64,000 nt of DNA. Source: an uncultured Candidatus Binatia bacterium (lineage in GTDB: Bacteria > Desulfobacterota > Binatia > UBA9968 > JAJDTQ01). Positions 46,842 to 56,633 of the stretch are shown here, one piece after another. The notes under the pieces are model-generated. The model was given only the letters and a program-made list of their open reading frames with translations. It had not been told where the DNA came from and searched no databases. A program made the position numbers and the translations under genes. The stretch is taken from positions 3,392,001 through 3,456,000 of the forward strand of contig OZ243916.1 of the NCBI GenBank assembly GCA_965213675.1, written 5' to 3'. Position 1 is the first letter of the stretch. Every line of letters begins with the position of its first letter.

Positions 46842-47594
46842 ATGAAAGTACGTGAACGCATTCTTACGCCCGAGAGAGACGGCATCTACGGTTATCTGGC
46901 CGCGCCGGAAAGGGACCAGCCGGGGCCGGCGCTGCTCATGACGCACCAGAACACCGGCGTCACCGACTACATCAAGATCGAGGCGTTGAAGTTCGCCCAC
47001 CTCGGCTACACGGTGGTGATTCCGGACCTGTACTCGATGTTGGGCTACCCTGACGTGACCCACATCCACACCGGCCGGCAGATCCAGGCGCGCACCCGGG
47101 ACGGCGAGTTCGTACGGGTGATCCGGCAGGGCTGGGACTACCTCACTTCGCGAAGCGACGTGGACGCCGGCCGCGTGGCCGTGTCCGGGTACTGTATGGG
47201 CGGGCGCATCGCCATCCACTTCGTCGCGGCGACCCCGGAGGTCCGGGCCTTTGTCGGCTACTACCCCACCATTCGGGACGAACCGGCGACGGAAATCAGG
47301 CCCGTTCATCCGTGTGACGCCGCGCGCCGCATCCAGTGTCCGTCCATCATCCTCTACGGCGTGAACGACCGCATCTCCACCGTGCCCATCCAGCAGCGGG
47401 TGTGGGAAAGCTTCCTCGCCAACGGTCAACCGTTGGAGTGGCACTTCTTTCCTTTCGGCGGCCACGGCTTCGTCGACCCCGGCACCGAGGGCTACCACCC
47501 CCACACCGCCCGTCTCTCCTATCCCCTGGTGGTGGACTTCATGGGCCGGGAGCTCGGCAACGAGGTCGATGGCCTGACGTTCTCGGGAAACTGA
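46842..47594 (+). CDS. Dienelactone hydrolase family protein
   Basis: GYCMGG nucleophile motif and HGF; GYTVVIPDLY. Confidence 0.88.
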   Translation: MKVRERILTPERDGIYGYLAAPERDQPGPALLMTHQNTGVTDYIKIEALKFAHLGYTVVIPDLYSMLGYPDVTHIHTGRQIQARTRDGEFVRVIRQGWDYLTSRSDVDAGRVAVSGYCMGGRIAIHFVAATPEVRAFVGYYPTIRDEPATEIRPVHPCDAARRIQCPSIILYGVNDRISTVPIQQRVWESFLANGQPLEWHFFPFGGHGFVDPGTEGYHPHTARLSYPLVVDFMGRELGNEVDGLTFSGN

Positions 47595-47687
47595 ACCACT
47601 GGCACCGCGCCGCAGTCCGGCATCGCATGACCGCCGTGTCTTCCAGCCCACATGTTTCGACAAAACCGAGAAAGCGAGTTGCCCCTC

Positions 47688-48851
47688 ATGTTCCACAAGG
47701 CCAAACGCATTCAGGAATTACCGCCTTATCTGTTCGCGGAGATCGACCGGAAGAAACGCGCCGCCTTGGCCAAGGGCGTCGACCTCATCGACCTGGGCAT
47801 CGGCGACCCCGACATCCCCACGCCGGGAAGGATCATTCAGAGGCTCACGGAAACCGTGACGCAACCGGCCAACCACCGCTATCCCAGCAGCGCGGGCATG
47901 ATGGAGTTCCGCCAGGCGGTGGCGGACTGGTACGACCGGCGGTTCGGCGTGACGCTGGACCCCGCCACCGAAGTGGTGTCGCTCATCGGCTCCAAGGAGG
48001 GCGTGGCCAACATGGCGGTGGCTTACGTGGACCCCGGCGATGTGGTGCTGGCGCCCACCCCGGCCTACCCCGTTTACGCCATCGGCACCCGGTTCAACGG
48101 CGGCGACGTACACTTTCTGCCGTTGACGCGCGACAACGGTTTCCTGCCGGATCTCGCCGGCATTCCCGCCAGCGTGCTCAAGCGGGCCAAGATGCTGTGG
48201 ATCAACTACCCCAACAACCCCACCGGAGCGGTGGCGGACGAGAGCTTCTTCAGGGACGCGGTGGAGTTCGCCCACAAGCACGGCATCATCCTGTGCCATG
48301 ACGCCGCGTATACCGAGTTGGGCTTCGACGGGTACCGTGCGCCGAGCATCCTGCAGGTGGACGGCGCCAAGGAGGTCGCCATTGAGTTTCACAGCCTCTC
48401 CAAGACCTTCAACATGACCGGCTGGCGCATCGCCATGGCGGTGGGCAGTCCGGAGTTGGTGGGCACTCTGGCGCAGGTGAAGGGCAACGTGGACTCGGGC
48501 GTCTTCCAACCGGTGCAGGAGGCGGCCATCGTCGCCCTCCAGCACGCGGAGGAGTTCCTTGAGCCCATCCGGCAAGTGTACCAGGAGCGGCGCGACGCGG
48601 TGGTGGACGGCCTGCAGCGCGCGGGGTTCGAGCTGCCCGCGCCCCGGGCCACCTTCTACGTCTGGCTGCCCGTGCCCGGGGGATGGACTTCCACGGATTT
48701 CGCCGCGCGCCTGCTCGACGAGGCCGGTATCGTCGCCACTCCCGGCAACGGTTTCGGAGATCCCGGCGAGGGCTTCATCCGCATGACCCTGTGCTCCCCG
48801 GCCGAGCGGTTGCGGGAAGCGGTGGAGCGGCTCCAGCAACTCAGCCTGTAG
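47688..48851 (+). CDS. dapL: LL-diaminopimelate aminotransferase
   Basis: LPPYLFA, LGIGDPD, IGSKEG, NYPNNPTG and SLSKTFNMTGWRI. Confidence 0.88.
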   Translation: MFHKAKRIQELPPYLFAEIDRKKRAALAKGVDLIDLGIGDPDIPTPGRIIQRLTETVTQPANHRYPSSAGMMEFRQAVADWYDRRFGVTLDPATEVVSLIGSKEGVANMAVAYVDPGDVVLAPTPAYPVYAIGTRFNGGDVHFLPLTRDNGFLPDLAGIPASVLKRAKMLWINYPNNPTGAVADESFFRDAVEFAHKHGIILCHDAAYTELGFDGYRAPSILQVDGAKEVAIEFHSLSKTFNMTGWRIAMAVGSPELVGTLAQVKGNVDSGVFQPVQEAAIVALQHAEEFLEPIRQVYQERRDAVVDGLQRAGFELPAPRATFYVWLPVPGGWTSTDFAARLLDEAGIVATPGNGFGDPGEGFIRMTLCSPAERLREAVERLQQLSL

Positions 48852-48859
48852 CGTTCTCC

Positions 48860-49728
48860 CCAGTGCTGCAGAAGCTGGAATCCAGAGCGATGGACCCACC
48901 GGCGGTGTCCCTGCCCCCGCCCCGCCTGGATTCCCGCCCCCGATCGGGGTCGAGGGCAAGCTTTCGCGGGAATGACATTTCGTAGGCTGTGTTTCGGTTC
49001 GCTGGCCACGAACTTTTTGCAACATTGCGGTCAACTAACAGATTTTTGCAAGCTTGGGGTCAAGCTTGGGGTCAATTCACAGATCGTTGCAGTATTGGGG
49101 CCAATACACGGCTCATTGCGACGTTGGGGTCAACTAACAGCCTTTTGCAGCATTGGAGTGGGGTCATCGTAAATCTTACGAAATGTCATTCCCGCGAAAG
49201 CGGGAATCCAGGCGGGGCGGGGGTGGGGAAACCGCGAGTTGGCCCGTCTGCCTGGATTCCCGCCCCCGATCGGGGTCGAGGGCAAGCTTTCGCGGGAATG
49301 ACGCTTCGTAGGCTGTGTTTCGAATCGCTGTCCACGAACTTTTTTGCAACATTGCGGTCAACTAACAGATTTTTGCAAGCTTGGGGCCAACTCACAGCTC
49401 TTTGTGACATTGGGGTCAATTCACAGTTTTTTGCAAGTTTGGGGTTAATTCACAGATCGTTGCAGTATTGGGGCCAATACACGGCTCTTTGCAACGTTGG
49501 AGTCAACTCACGGCTTTTTGCAGCATTGGAGTGGGGTTATCGGAAATTTTACGACACGTCATTCCCGCGAAAGCGGGAATCCAGGCGGGGCTTGGGCGGG
49601 GATACCGCGAGTTGGCCCGTCTGCCTGGATTCCCGCCCCCGATCGGGGTCGAGGGCAAGCTTTCGCGGGAATGACGTGTCGTAGACTGTGTTTCGAATCG
49701 CTGTCCACGAACTTTTTTGCAACACTAG
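48860..49728. repeat. Composite array: three REP-doublet units separated by blocks of degenerate 29-bp tandem repeats
   Basis: Units start at 49018, 49047, 49088, 49117, 49146 and at 49345+29n up to 49519; consensus TGCAACATTGGGGTCAACTCACAGNTTTT. Confidence 0.85.
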
Positions 49729-49930
49729 GGTTCTGCCGGTTCGTCCGCATGATGACATGCGGACGATGATTCGCGGATGACGGTTCGTCGTCGGTCGCGC
49801 GCGACGACCGGCCGCGCGCGACGACGAGCCATGCGGGGGCTAGGCGAGGAATGCCCCGGGCTGGGGCGGTGTACTCAGCCCACGGCGTAAGGAATCCCAT
49901 GCGGATGAACGGGACAGGACGCCAACGCCC

Positions 49931-50470
49931 GTGACGCATCGTGCCTACATCGGGGTGGGCTCCAACCAGGGAGACAAGGAGCGAAACTGCCGCCGCGCCG
50001 TCGAAGAGATGGGGAAGTTCCCGGAGACACGGGTGTGTGCGGTATCGTCCTGGTTCGCCACCGAGCCTTGGGGCGCGGCGAGCACCGAATGGTACGTCAA
50101 CGGGGTGGCCGCCATTGACACGGGCCTGGAACCGAATGTCCTGCTGCAACAATGCCAGACGCTCGAGCGGAAGATGGGTCGCCCGGCCACGCGCCCGCGC
50201 TGGGCGGATCGTGTCATCGATCTGGACATCCTGTTCCATGATGATAGGGTGTTGGAAGGACCCGAGTTGATCGTTCCGCACCCGGAACTCCACCGGCGCC
50301 GATTCGTGCTCGCTCCGCTCTGCGAGCTTGCGCCGGAATTGAAGCACCCGCGCCTGGGAATCCGCATCCGGGAGCTGCTGGACCAATTGGATGACGGAAA
50401 ACGGGTGCGCGAGATCGCCGGTCACGACGCGCGGGAGACGCCTCGACCACCGACGGTGCCGATGAGATGA
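49931..50470 (+). CDS. folK: 2-amino-4-hydroxy-6-hydroxymethyldihydropteridine diphosphokinase
   Basis: AYIGVGSNQG, RVIDLDIL and VPHPELHRRRFVLAPL. Confidence 0.95.
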   Translation: MTHRAYIGVGSNQGDKERNCRRAVEEMGKFPETRVCAVSSWFATEPWGAASTEWYVNGVAAIDTGLEPNVLLQQCQTLERKMGRPATRPRWADRVIDLDILFHDDRVLEGPELIVPHPELHRRRFVLAPLCELAPELKHPRLGIRIRELLDQLDDGKRVREIAGHDARETPRPPTVPMR

Positions 50471-50694
50471 TCCTCAAGTTCCTCATACTGGGCCTGCTCG
50501 TCTACCTCTTCATCGTGCTGTTCTACTCGAGCCTCAAACGCAAGGGGAGCAACCGCGACCCCTCCGAGGGCGACTCCATGGTGCTGGACCCCCACTGCAA
50601 GAGCTACGTGCCCAAGAACGACGCCTACCGCTCCGCCGGCCACTACTTCTGCAGCGAAGAGTGCGCCCGCGCCCACGCCGCCCAACAGGTCTGA
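50467..50694 (+). CDS. Small membrane-anchored TRASH/YHS-like (PP0621-like) protein
   Basis: N-terminal TM followed by MVLDPHC.SYVP...YFCSEEC. Confidence 0.72.
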   Translation: MILKFLILGLLVYLFIVLFYSSLKRKGSNRDPSEGDSMVLDPHCKSYVPKNDAYRSAGHYFCSEECARAHAAQQV

Positions 50695-50713
50695 GTTCCG
50701 CCCCGATGTTGCC

Positions 50714-50873
50714 AGTGTGGTGTCTGGTTAATTCGCGTCATAATCTGCGGGTCTTATTCGCCGTCGGCTGCGTTGCTCTTCCTCGCGTGGTACCCGCCAC
50801 TGCTCGTCATCGCGCCTTGCCGACGACAAAAATCCTCCGCAGATTATGACGCGAATTATCCAGACACCACACT
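50714..50873. mobile_element. MITE-like element, copy 1 (160 bp, about 37-bp TIRs)
   Basis: AGTGTGGTGTCTGGTTAATTCGCGTCATAATCTGCGG and its inverse; near-identical to 55056-55216. Confidence 0.82.
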
Positions 50874-51004
50874 AGGAGCTTCGTGGAGGCGATTCCAAAA
50901 GAGCGATTCCATCCACGGCCTGCTGCACGTCATTGCCGCGAGAGTCTATCCGCGACCCTGATCGGGGGCGGGAGGGGCGGGTTGAGGTCGGCGCCGCAGG
51001 GCGT

Positions 51005-51574
<570 letters not shown>

Positions 51575-51683
51575 CGTGCCGCCAGTGTGGTGTTCCGCGA
51601 AACCGTGTAAGACGTCGCGCCGCCATTTTCGCCGCCGGCTGCGTGACTCCGGCGCCCGCCGTTGTGCAACCTGGCATCGGATC

Positions 51684-53189
51684 TCATGGGACAGGACACG
51701 GATCTTTTCTCCACGACTCCGCCAGTTCGATGGCCTTGAGCATGCCGCGGGCCTTGTTGAGGGTCTCCTGGTACTCCGTGTCGGGATCGGAGTCGGCGAC
51801 GATGCCGGCGCCGGCCTGGATCACCGCGGTGCCGTTGTGAAGGGTGATGGTGCGGATGGCGATGCAGGTGTCGAGGTTGCCGTTGAAGCCCAGGTAGCCC
51901 ACGGCGCCGGCGTAGAGCCCGCGCCGCTCGGGTTCCAGCTCGCTGATGATCTGCATGGCCCTGATCTTGGGCGCGCCCGATACCGTGCCCGCGGGGAAGC
52001 AGGAGCTGAACAACTCCAGCGTCGTCTTGCCTTGGTCGAGTTCCGCCTTGATGTTGGAGACGATGTGCATCACGTGGGAGTAGCGCTCGATGGTCATGAG
52101 CTGATCCACCTCCACCGAACCCACCTTGGCCACGCGCCCCACATCGTTGCGCCCGAGATCCACCAGCATGATGTGCTCGGCGCGCTCCTTGGGGTCGGCG
52201 AGGAGGTCTTCCTCCAGTTCCCGTTCCTCCCGGGCGTCCTTGCCCCGGGGGCGCGTGCCGGCGATGGGCCGCAGCGCGATCTGGCCGTTGGTGAGCCGCA
52301 CCAGGATCTCCGGCGAGGAGCCGATGATCTTGAGGTCGTCCAGCTCCAGGAAGAACATGTAGGGGGAGGGGTTGGTGAAGCGCAGCGCGCGGTAGATCTC
52401 CAGCGGCTCGGCCTGGGTCTTCGCCTCCAGCCGCTGGGACAGCACCACCTGAATCACGTCGCCGGCCGCGATATACTCTTTCCCTTGGCGCACCATGGCG
52501 CGGAACGTGTCCGGCGCGACGTTGGAGCGGTAGCGGACGCTCTCGCCGGACCCAGTGAGACCTCGGGCTTCCAGGGTGTTGGGCGATTTCCGCAGCGAGG
52601 ACCGCAGCCGCTCGATGCGGGCGACGGCCTCGCCGTAGAGGACCTGCGGGCTCTTGCCCTTGTCGATGTGAACGTTGTCGATGATGGTGATGGTGTGCTT
52701 GAGGTTGTCGAAGCTCACCAGGGTGCGCACCAGCATGAAGTAGACGTCGGGATAGCCGCTGCCGGCGCGGCGCACGGGGTTGGACACCCCGTGCAGCATG
52801 TCCACCGCGTCATAGGCCACGTACCCCAGGGCTCCGCCCGTGAACGGCAGGTCCGGGATGCCCGCCGCGGGCTGGTAGCCGTCGAGGATCTCGGCGAGGG
52901 CCTTCAGCGGGTCGTCGCAGGTCCAGGTCCGCTTTTTCCGTCCTTCGGTGACCTCCACCTCGCGCCCCCACGCCTTGAACACCATCTCGGGCGCGGTGCC
53001 CAGGAACGAATAGCGCGCCCAGCGTTCGCTCCTTTCCACGCTCTCCAGCAGGAACGAGTGCCCGCTCTTGCGCAGACGGTTGTAGAACGACACCGGCGTC
53101 TCGAGGTCCATGAGGGTTTCCTCGTACACCGGCACCACGTTTCCCTGATTGGCGAGGGCCTCGAATTCGCGGTACGAAGGTTGGATCAT
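51684..53189 (-). CDS. trpE: Anthranilate synthase component I
   Basis: LLES, NPSPYM, PIAGTRPRG, EHIMLVDLGRND and GTVSGAPK. Confidence 0.95.
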   Translation of the reverse strand: MIQPSYREFEALANQGNVVPVYEETLMDLETPVSFYNRLRKSGHSFLLESVERSERWARYSFLGTAPEMVFKAWGREVEVTEGRKKRTWTCDDPLKALAEILDGYQPAAGIPDLPFTGGALGYVAYDAVDMLHGVSNPVRRAGSGYPDVYFMLVRTLVSFDNLKHTITIIDNVHIDKGKSPQVLYGEAVARIERLRSSLRKSPNTLEARGLTGSGESVRYRSNVAPDTFRAMVRQGKEYIAAGDVIQVVLSQRLEAKTQAEPLEIYRALRFTNPSPYMFFLELDDLKIIGSSPEILVRLTNGQIALRPIAGTRPRGKDAREERELEEDLLADPKERAEHIMLVDLGRNDVGRVAKVGSVEVDQLMTIERYSHVMHIVSNIKAELDQGKTTLELFSSCFPAGTVSGAPKIRAMQIISELEPERRGLYAGAVGYLGFNGNLDTCIAIRTITLHNGTAVIQAGAGIVADSDPDTEYQETLNKARGMLKAIELAESWRKDPCPVP

Positions 53190-53371
53190 TCTGGAAGACC
53201 AACTTATCCGAAACGGCCTTGTCGCGCGAATCCCGACCCTGTCGGGTTCATCGAATCGTGGCGAGAGGCAACGCGACAGCGCCCGGTTTCGGGCGGACTT
53301 GAGGAGAAACTTGGGGAGGTCATGGGTCCTGTTGGACGAAACTCCAACCGAAATAACTCCAACAGAAATAA

Positions 53372-53426
53372 TTGACAGGATGATCGTGGATTGTCATGAT
53401 AATCCACAACTTTCTTGTGGATTATC
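53372..53426 (+). promoter_or_regulatory. Sigma70-like promoter overlapped by a triple inverted operator
   Basis: TTGACA-17-CATGAT; GTGGATTGTC/GATAATCCAC/GTGGATTATC at 53386, 53398 and 53417. Confidence 0.55.
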
Positions 53427-53431
53427 GTATC

Positions 53432-54580
53432 ATGCCCTCGCCCACCATCGCGCGTTACCTCAACGCTGGAGACTTGTTGCAGCGGAGGTCTTGCTTCCTC
53501 TTCGGTCCGCGCCAGACCGGCAAGTCCACTCTGATCCGCCAACAACTCGCGGATGTCCAGGCCTACAATCTGCTCGATCAGGCGCTTTTCGTCCGTCTCT
53601 CCCGAAATCCATCCTTGATCCGGGAGGCGCTGACGCCGGCGACGCGGATGATCGTGATCGACGAAATTCAGAAGTTGCCGGTGCTGCTGAACGAAGTCCA
53701 ACTCATGATCGAGGAGCACGGCGTCCGTTTCTTCCTCACCGGCTCCAGTGCCCGCGCCTTGCGACGCAGGGGCATCAACCTGCTCGGCGGCCGGGCGCGC
53801 ACCCGTGTGCTGCATCCTTTCGTCAGTGCCGAGCTGGGTGACGACTACCATCTGCAACGCGCGATGGAGTACGGTCTCCTCCCGTCCATCCACTTCTCGG
53901 ACGAACCCGCCGAAGACCTTGCCGCTTACGCGGGTGATTACCTCAAGGAAGAGATCGCGGCCGAGGCCGTGACCCGGAATATCGGGGCCTTCAGCCGTTT
54001 CCTCGAAGTGGCGGCGCTGTCGCATGGTCAGATGGTCAACTACACTCGGGTCGCCAGCGATGCGCAGGTGCCCGCGTCCACGGTCCGGGAGTATTATGGA
54101 ATACTCAAGGATACGTTCATTGCGAGGGAGGTCGCCGCCTACACGAAGACCCGCACACGCAAGGCGGTATCCACATCGAAGTATTACCTGTTCGACATCG
54201 GGCTGGCGCGCCATCTGCAGGGGCGCCGCGGCCTGCCGCCGGGAACGCCCGAGTACGGCGAGGCGTTCGAAAGCGTCGTGTTTCAGGAAATCAGCGCGTA
54301 TTGTGACTACCATCGGATCGGCCCGCCGCGGTACTGGCGGTCGACGTCGCAGTTTGAAGTGGATTTCGTTGTCGAAGGACTCGCGGTGGAAGTGAACGCC
54401 AAACGGACGGTCTCGAACCGGGACCTGAGGGGATTGCAGGCGCTCCGCCAGGAAAACCTCCTGTCGCATTACGTGGTGGTGTCCCTGGAGCCCTTGGCTC
54501 GCCGCGTCGACGGCATCGACATCCTGCCGTGGCGCGAGTTTTTCTCCCGGCTGTGGGGCGGCGCATGGCCGCTTTCGTGA
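53432..54580 (+). CDS. AAA_14 ATPase with DUF4143 domain
   Basis: GPRQTGKST, IDEIQK, LTGSS, KYYLFDIG and YWRS...EVDF. Confidence 0.9.
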   Translation: MPSPTIARYLNAGDLLQRRSCFLFGPRQTGKSTLIRQQLADVQAYNLLDQALFVRLSRNPSLIREALTPATRMIVIDEIQKLPVLLNEVQLMIEEHGVRFFLTGSSARALRRRGINLLGGRARTRVLHPFVSAELGDDYHLQRAMEYGLLPSIHFSDEPAEDLAAYAGDYLKEEIAAEAVTRNIGAFSRFLEVAALSHGQMVNYTRVASDAQVPASTVREYYGILKDTFIAREVAAYTKTRTRKAVSTSKYYLFDIGLARHLQGRRGLPPGTPEYGEAFESVVFQEISAYCDYHRIGPPRYWRSTSQFEVDFVVEGLAVEVNAKRTVSNRDLRGLQALRQENLLSHYVVVSLEPLARRVDGIDILPWREFFSRLWGGAWPLS

Positions 54581-54591
54581 AGGCGTCCGGC

Positions 54592-55041
54592 ATGAGCGCG
54601 CGGCAACGGCAGTGGCCGCTCAGCGCTCTGCTGCTGCTCTGTCTGCTGGCAGCGTGCGAGCGCGCGCCGGGGGTCGCCATCATCGGTCCGGACGGCGCGG
54701 TCAAGGCCCGGTTCAGCGTGGAACTGGCCGACACCCCGGAGAAACGGCGTTGGGGCTTGATGTACCGGAAGGACCTGGGAACCGGCGAAGGCATGTTGTT
54801 CGTTTTTCCCAACGAAGAAGATCACGCTTTCTGGATGAAGAATACCCCGTTGTCCCTGGACATGATCTTCATGGACGGGCGCCGCCGGGTGGTGGGGATC
54901 ATCCACGGCACCGTGCCGTTCTCCACGCGATCCGTGGGCGTGGGCATTCCCAGCCGCTACGTGCTGGAGGTTCGCGCCGGAACAGCGCGGCGCCACGGCA
55001 TCGCGGCGGGCGACACGGCCCGCTTCGACGGGCTGCCGTAA
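54592..55041 (+). CDS. DUF192 domain lipoprotein
   Basis: LAAC lipobox; GLMYR, GMLFVF, FWMKNT.LSLD and YVLEV. Confidence 0.9.
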   Translation: MSARQRQWPLSALLLLCLLAACERAPGVAIIGPDGAVKARFSVELADTPEKRRWGLMYRKDLGTGEGMLFVFPNEEDHAFWMKNTPLSLDMIFMDGRRRVVGIIHGTVPFSTRSVGVGIPSRYVLEVRAGTARRHGIAAGDTARFDGLP

Positions 55042-55055
55042 GAACCCATTCGTCT

Positions 55056-55216
55056 AGTGTGGTGTCTGGTTAATTCGCGTCATAATCTGCGGGTTTTTTT
55101 CGCCGTCGGCTGCGTTGCTCTTCCTCGCGTGGTACCCGCCACTGCTCGTCATCGCGCCTTGCCGACGACAAAAAATCCTCCGCAGATTATGACGCGAATT
55201 AACCAGACACCACACT
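55056..55216. mobile_element. MITE-like element, copy 2
   Basis: Same TIRs and core as 50714-50873. Confidence 0.82.
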
Positions 55217-55306
55217 ACGGGCGACCGCGGGTCGCCCCTACCGGACTATTACCATGGCCGTCGCGGGATGGCGTCCTTCGACTTCGCTGCGCTGCCCTCG
55301 GGACGT

Positions 55307-56374
55307 TCAGATCTCTTTGAAGAAGTACGGCCGGATGGGCTGGAGGCGGTCCTCGTAGGTGTCGGGATTCAGCAGCCACAGGGTGGCGGCGATGCTGCTC
55401 AGGAGCGAGTTTCCGTCCTGGGAGGTGAAGCACATGCCCACCACCTCCCGGTCCCCGCGCAGCGCGATGCTCTGGGTGACGATGGCGGTGTGGTTGAGGA
55501 TGCGTCCGAACAGGCCGTGGTCGCGGCCGAAGGAGAACACCGACGCCGACGACTTCTTGTTGGTGGTCGCGATGCGCGCGTTGGCGCGAATCCGCTGCAT
55601 GAGCTGATCCAGGGCGATGGCGCGCTTGAGGATCAGGTTGAAGTGGATGGTGTGCATGTATTGGGTGTTGATCTTGAGCGCGGACGAGTAGATGTTGAGA
55701 TCGAGACCCAGGGATTTGAACAGGAAGTAGGCGTCCCGTCCCTGGTGGGTGCCGAACCTCTCGTCGTCGTGGCGTCCCACCTCCGGCGCGGGAATGAAGT
55801 CCCCCTCCTGGCTGATGTCGTTGGCCCGGCGCATGCACACGAACCGCCCGGCTTCCAGGTTGTCTTCCTTCTCCGGCCCCAGGGCCAGGGTGTCGATGAG
55901 CACCGCTAGGTTGTGCGTGTTGCAGCTCACCACCTGGATGAAGCGGTCCTCCTCCCGGTCAAGGGCCGCGTCGTTGATGCCCCGGGCATACATCTTGCCG
56001 AACCCGAACTCGCTGCCCTGGGCGATGAACCCCTTGCCGTTCCGGCTGGCGTAGTGCTGGTAATGCTTCTCCTTGTTCTGGTTGCCCACGGGGGTGCAGT
56101 CCACCACCACCGACGCCCGTTCGATGGCGGCTTCCGAGTCGAACGACGGGTTCATCCCCAGCTTCACGAACTCGTCCCAATGGTCCCTTTCCACGCTCAG
56201 CCGGGCGCCCTTGCTCTGGAGCGCCGTGACCTTGGAACGGTCGGTGACCCGCGGCGTCTGCTTGTTGAACGTCACTTCGTCGACACCGAAGGCTTCCCGG
56301 AAGCTTGCCAGGATGCCGATCAGCGGCTCGCCGATGGTGCCCGTGCCCACCACGTGAACGATTTTCTGGTCCAT
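55307..56374 (-). CDS. Archaeal-type (type II) glyceraldehyde-3-phosphate dehydrogenase homologue
   Basis: VGTGTIG, VDCTP, AQG.E, catalytic VVSCNTH, RRAND, HQG.D and MH. Confidence 0.7.
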   Translation of the reverse strand: MDQKIVHVVGTGTIGEPLIGILASFREAFGVDEVTFNKQTPRVTDRSKVTALQSKGARLSVERDHWDEFVKLGMNPSFDSEAAIERASVVVDCTPVGNQNKEKHYQHYASRNGKGFIAQGSEFGFGKMYARGINDAALDREEDRFIQVVSCNTHNLAVLIDTLALGPEKEDNLEAGRFVCMRRANDISQEGDFIPAPEVGRHDDERFGTHQGRDAYFLFKSLGLDLNIYSSALKINTQYMHTIHFNLILKRAIALDQLMQRIRANARIATTNKKSSASVFSFGRDHGLFGRILNHTAIVTQSIALRGDREVVGMCFTSQDGNSLLSSIAATLWLLNPDTYEDRLQPIRPYFFKEI

Positions 56375-56633
56375 GGCGTCAACTCCTCGAAACAGCCTCC
56401 AGGCGCGCGCCGCGTCGTTTGATGTTCGCTTGTATTGCCTTCACGCGGTTTGCCGTTACACTGTTGCTGACGCGGCCGGGGAGGCAAGCAGCCGCAACGG
56501 GTGTCATAGCATACGAGCACGCCTGAAGTAAGAAGAGCAGTGGTTCGGGCGTCCGCTTCCGCGGCGGCGACCCGCGGGCGGAACGGACTTTCGAACGAAT
56601 CCGGGAAGAGAATCCGGAAATAAGGGGAATCTC

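Noticed and set aside
48860-49728. CRISPR array or protein-coding ORFs in the repeat region
   Set aside because: Repeats are contiguous without unique spacers, there are no cas genes, and the ORFs are translations of palindromic repeats
53386-53426. Replication origin (DnaA-box-like sequences)
   Set aside because: Only 2-3 mismatched boxes, no AT-rich unwinding element and no origin-linked genes
56375-56633. Possible ncRNA or riboswitch between the GAPDH-like gene and tldD
   Set aside because: No recognisable conserved RNA motif; consistent with a divergent promoter region
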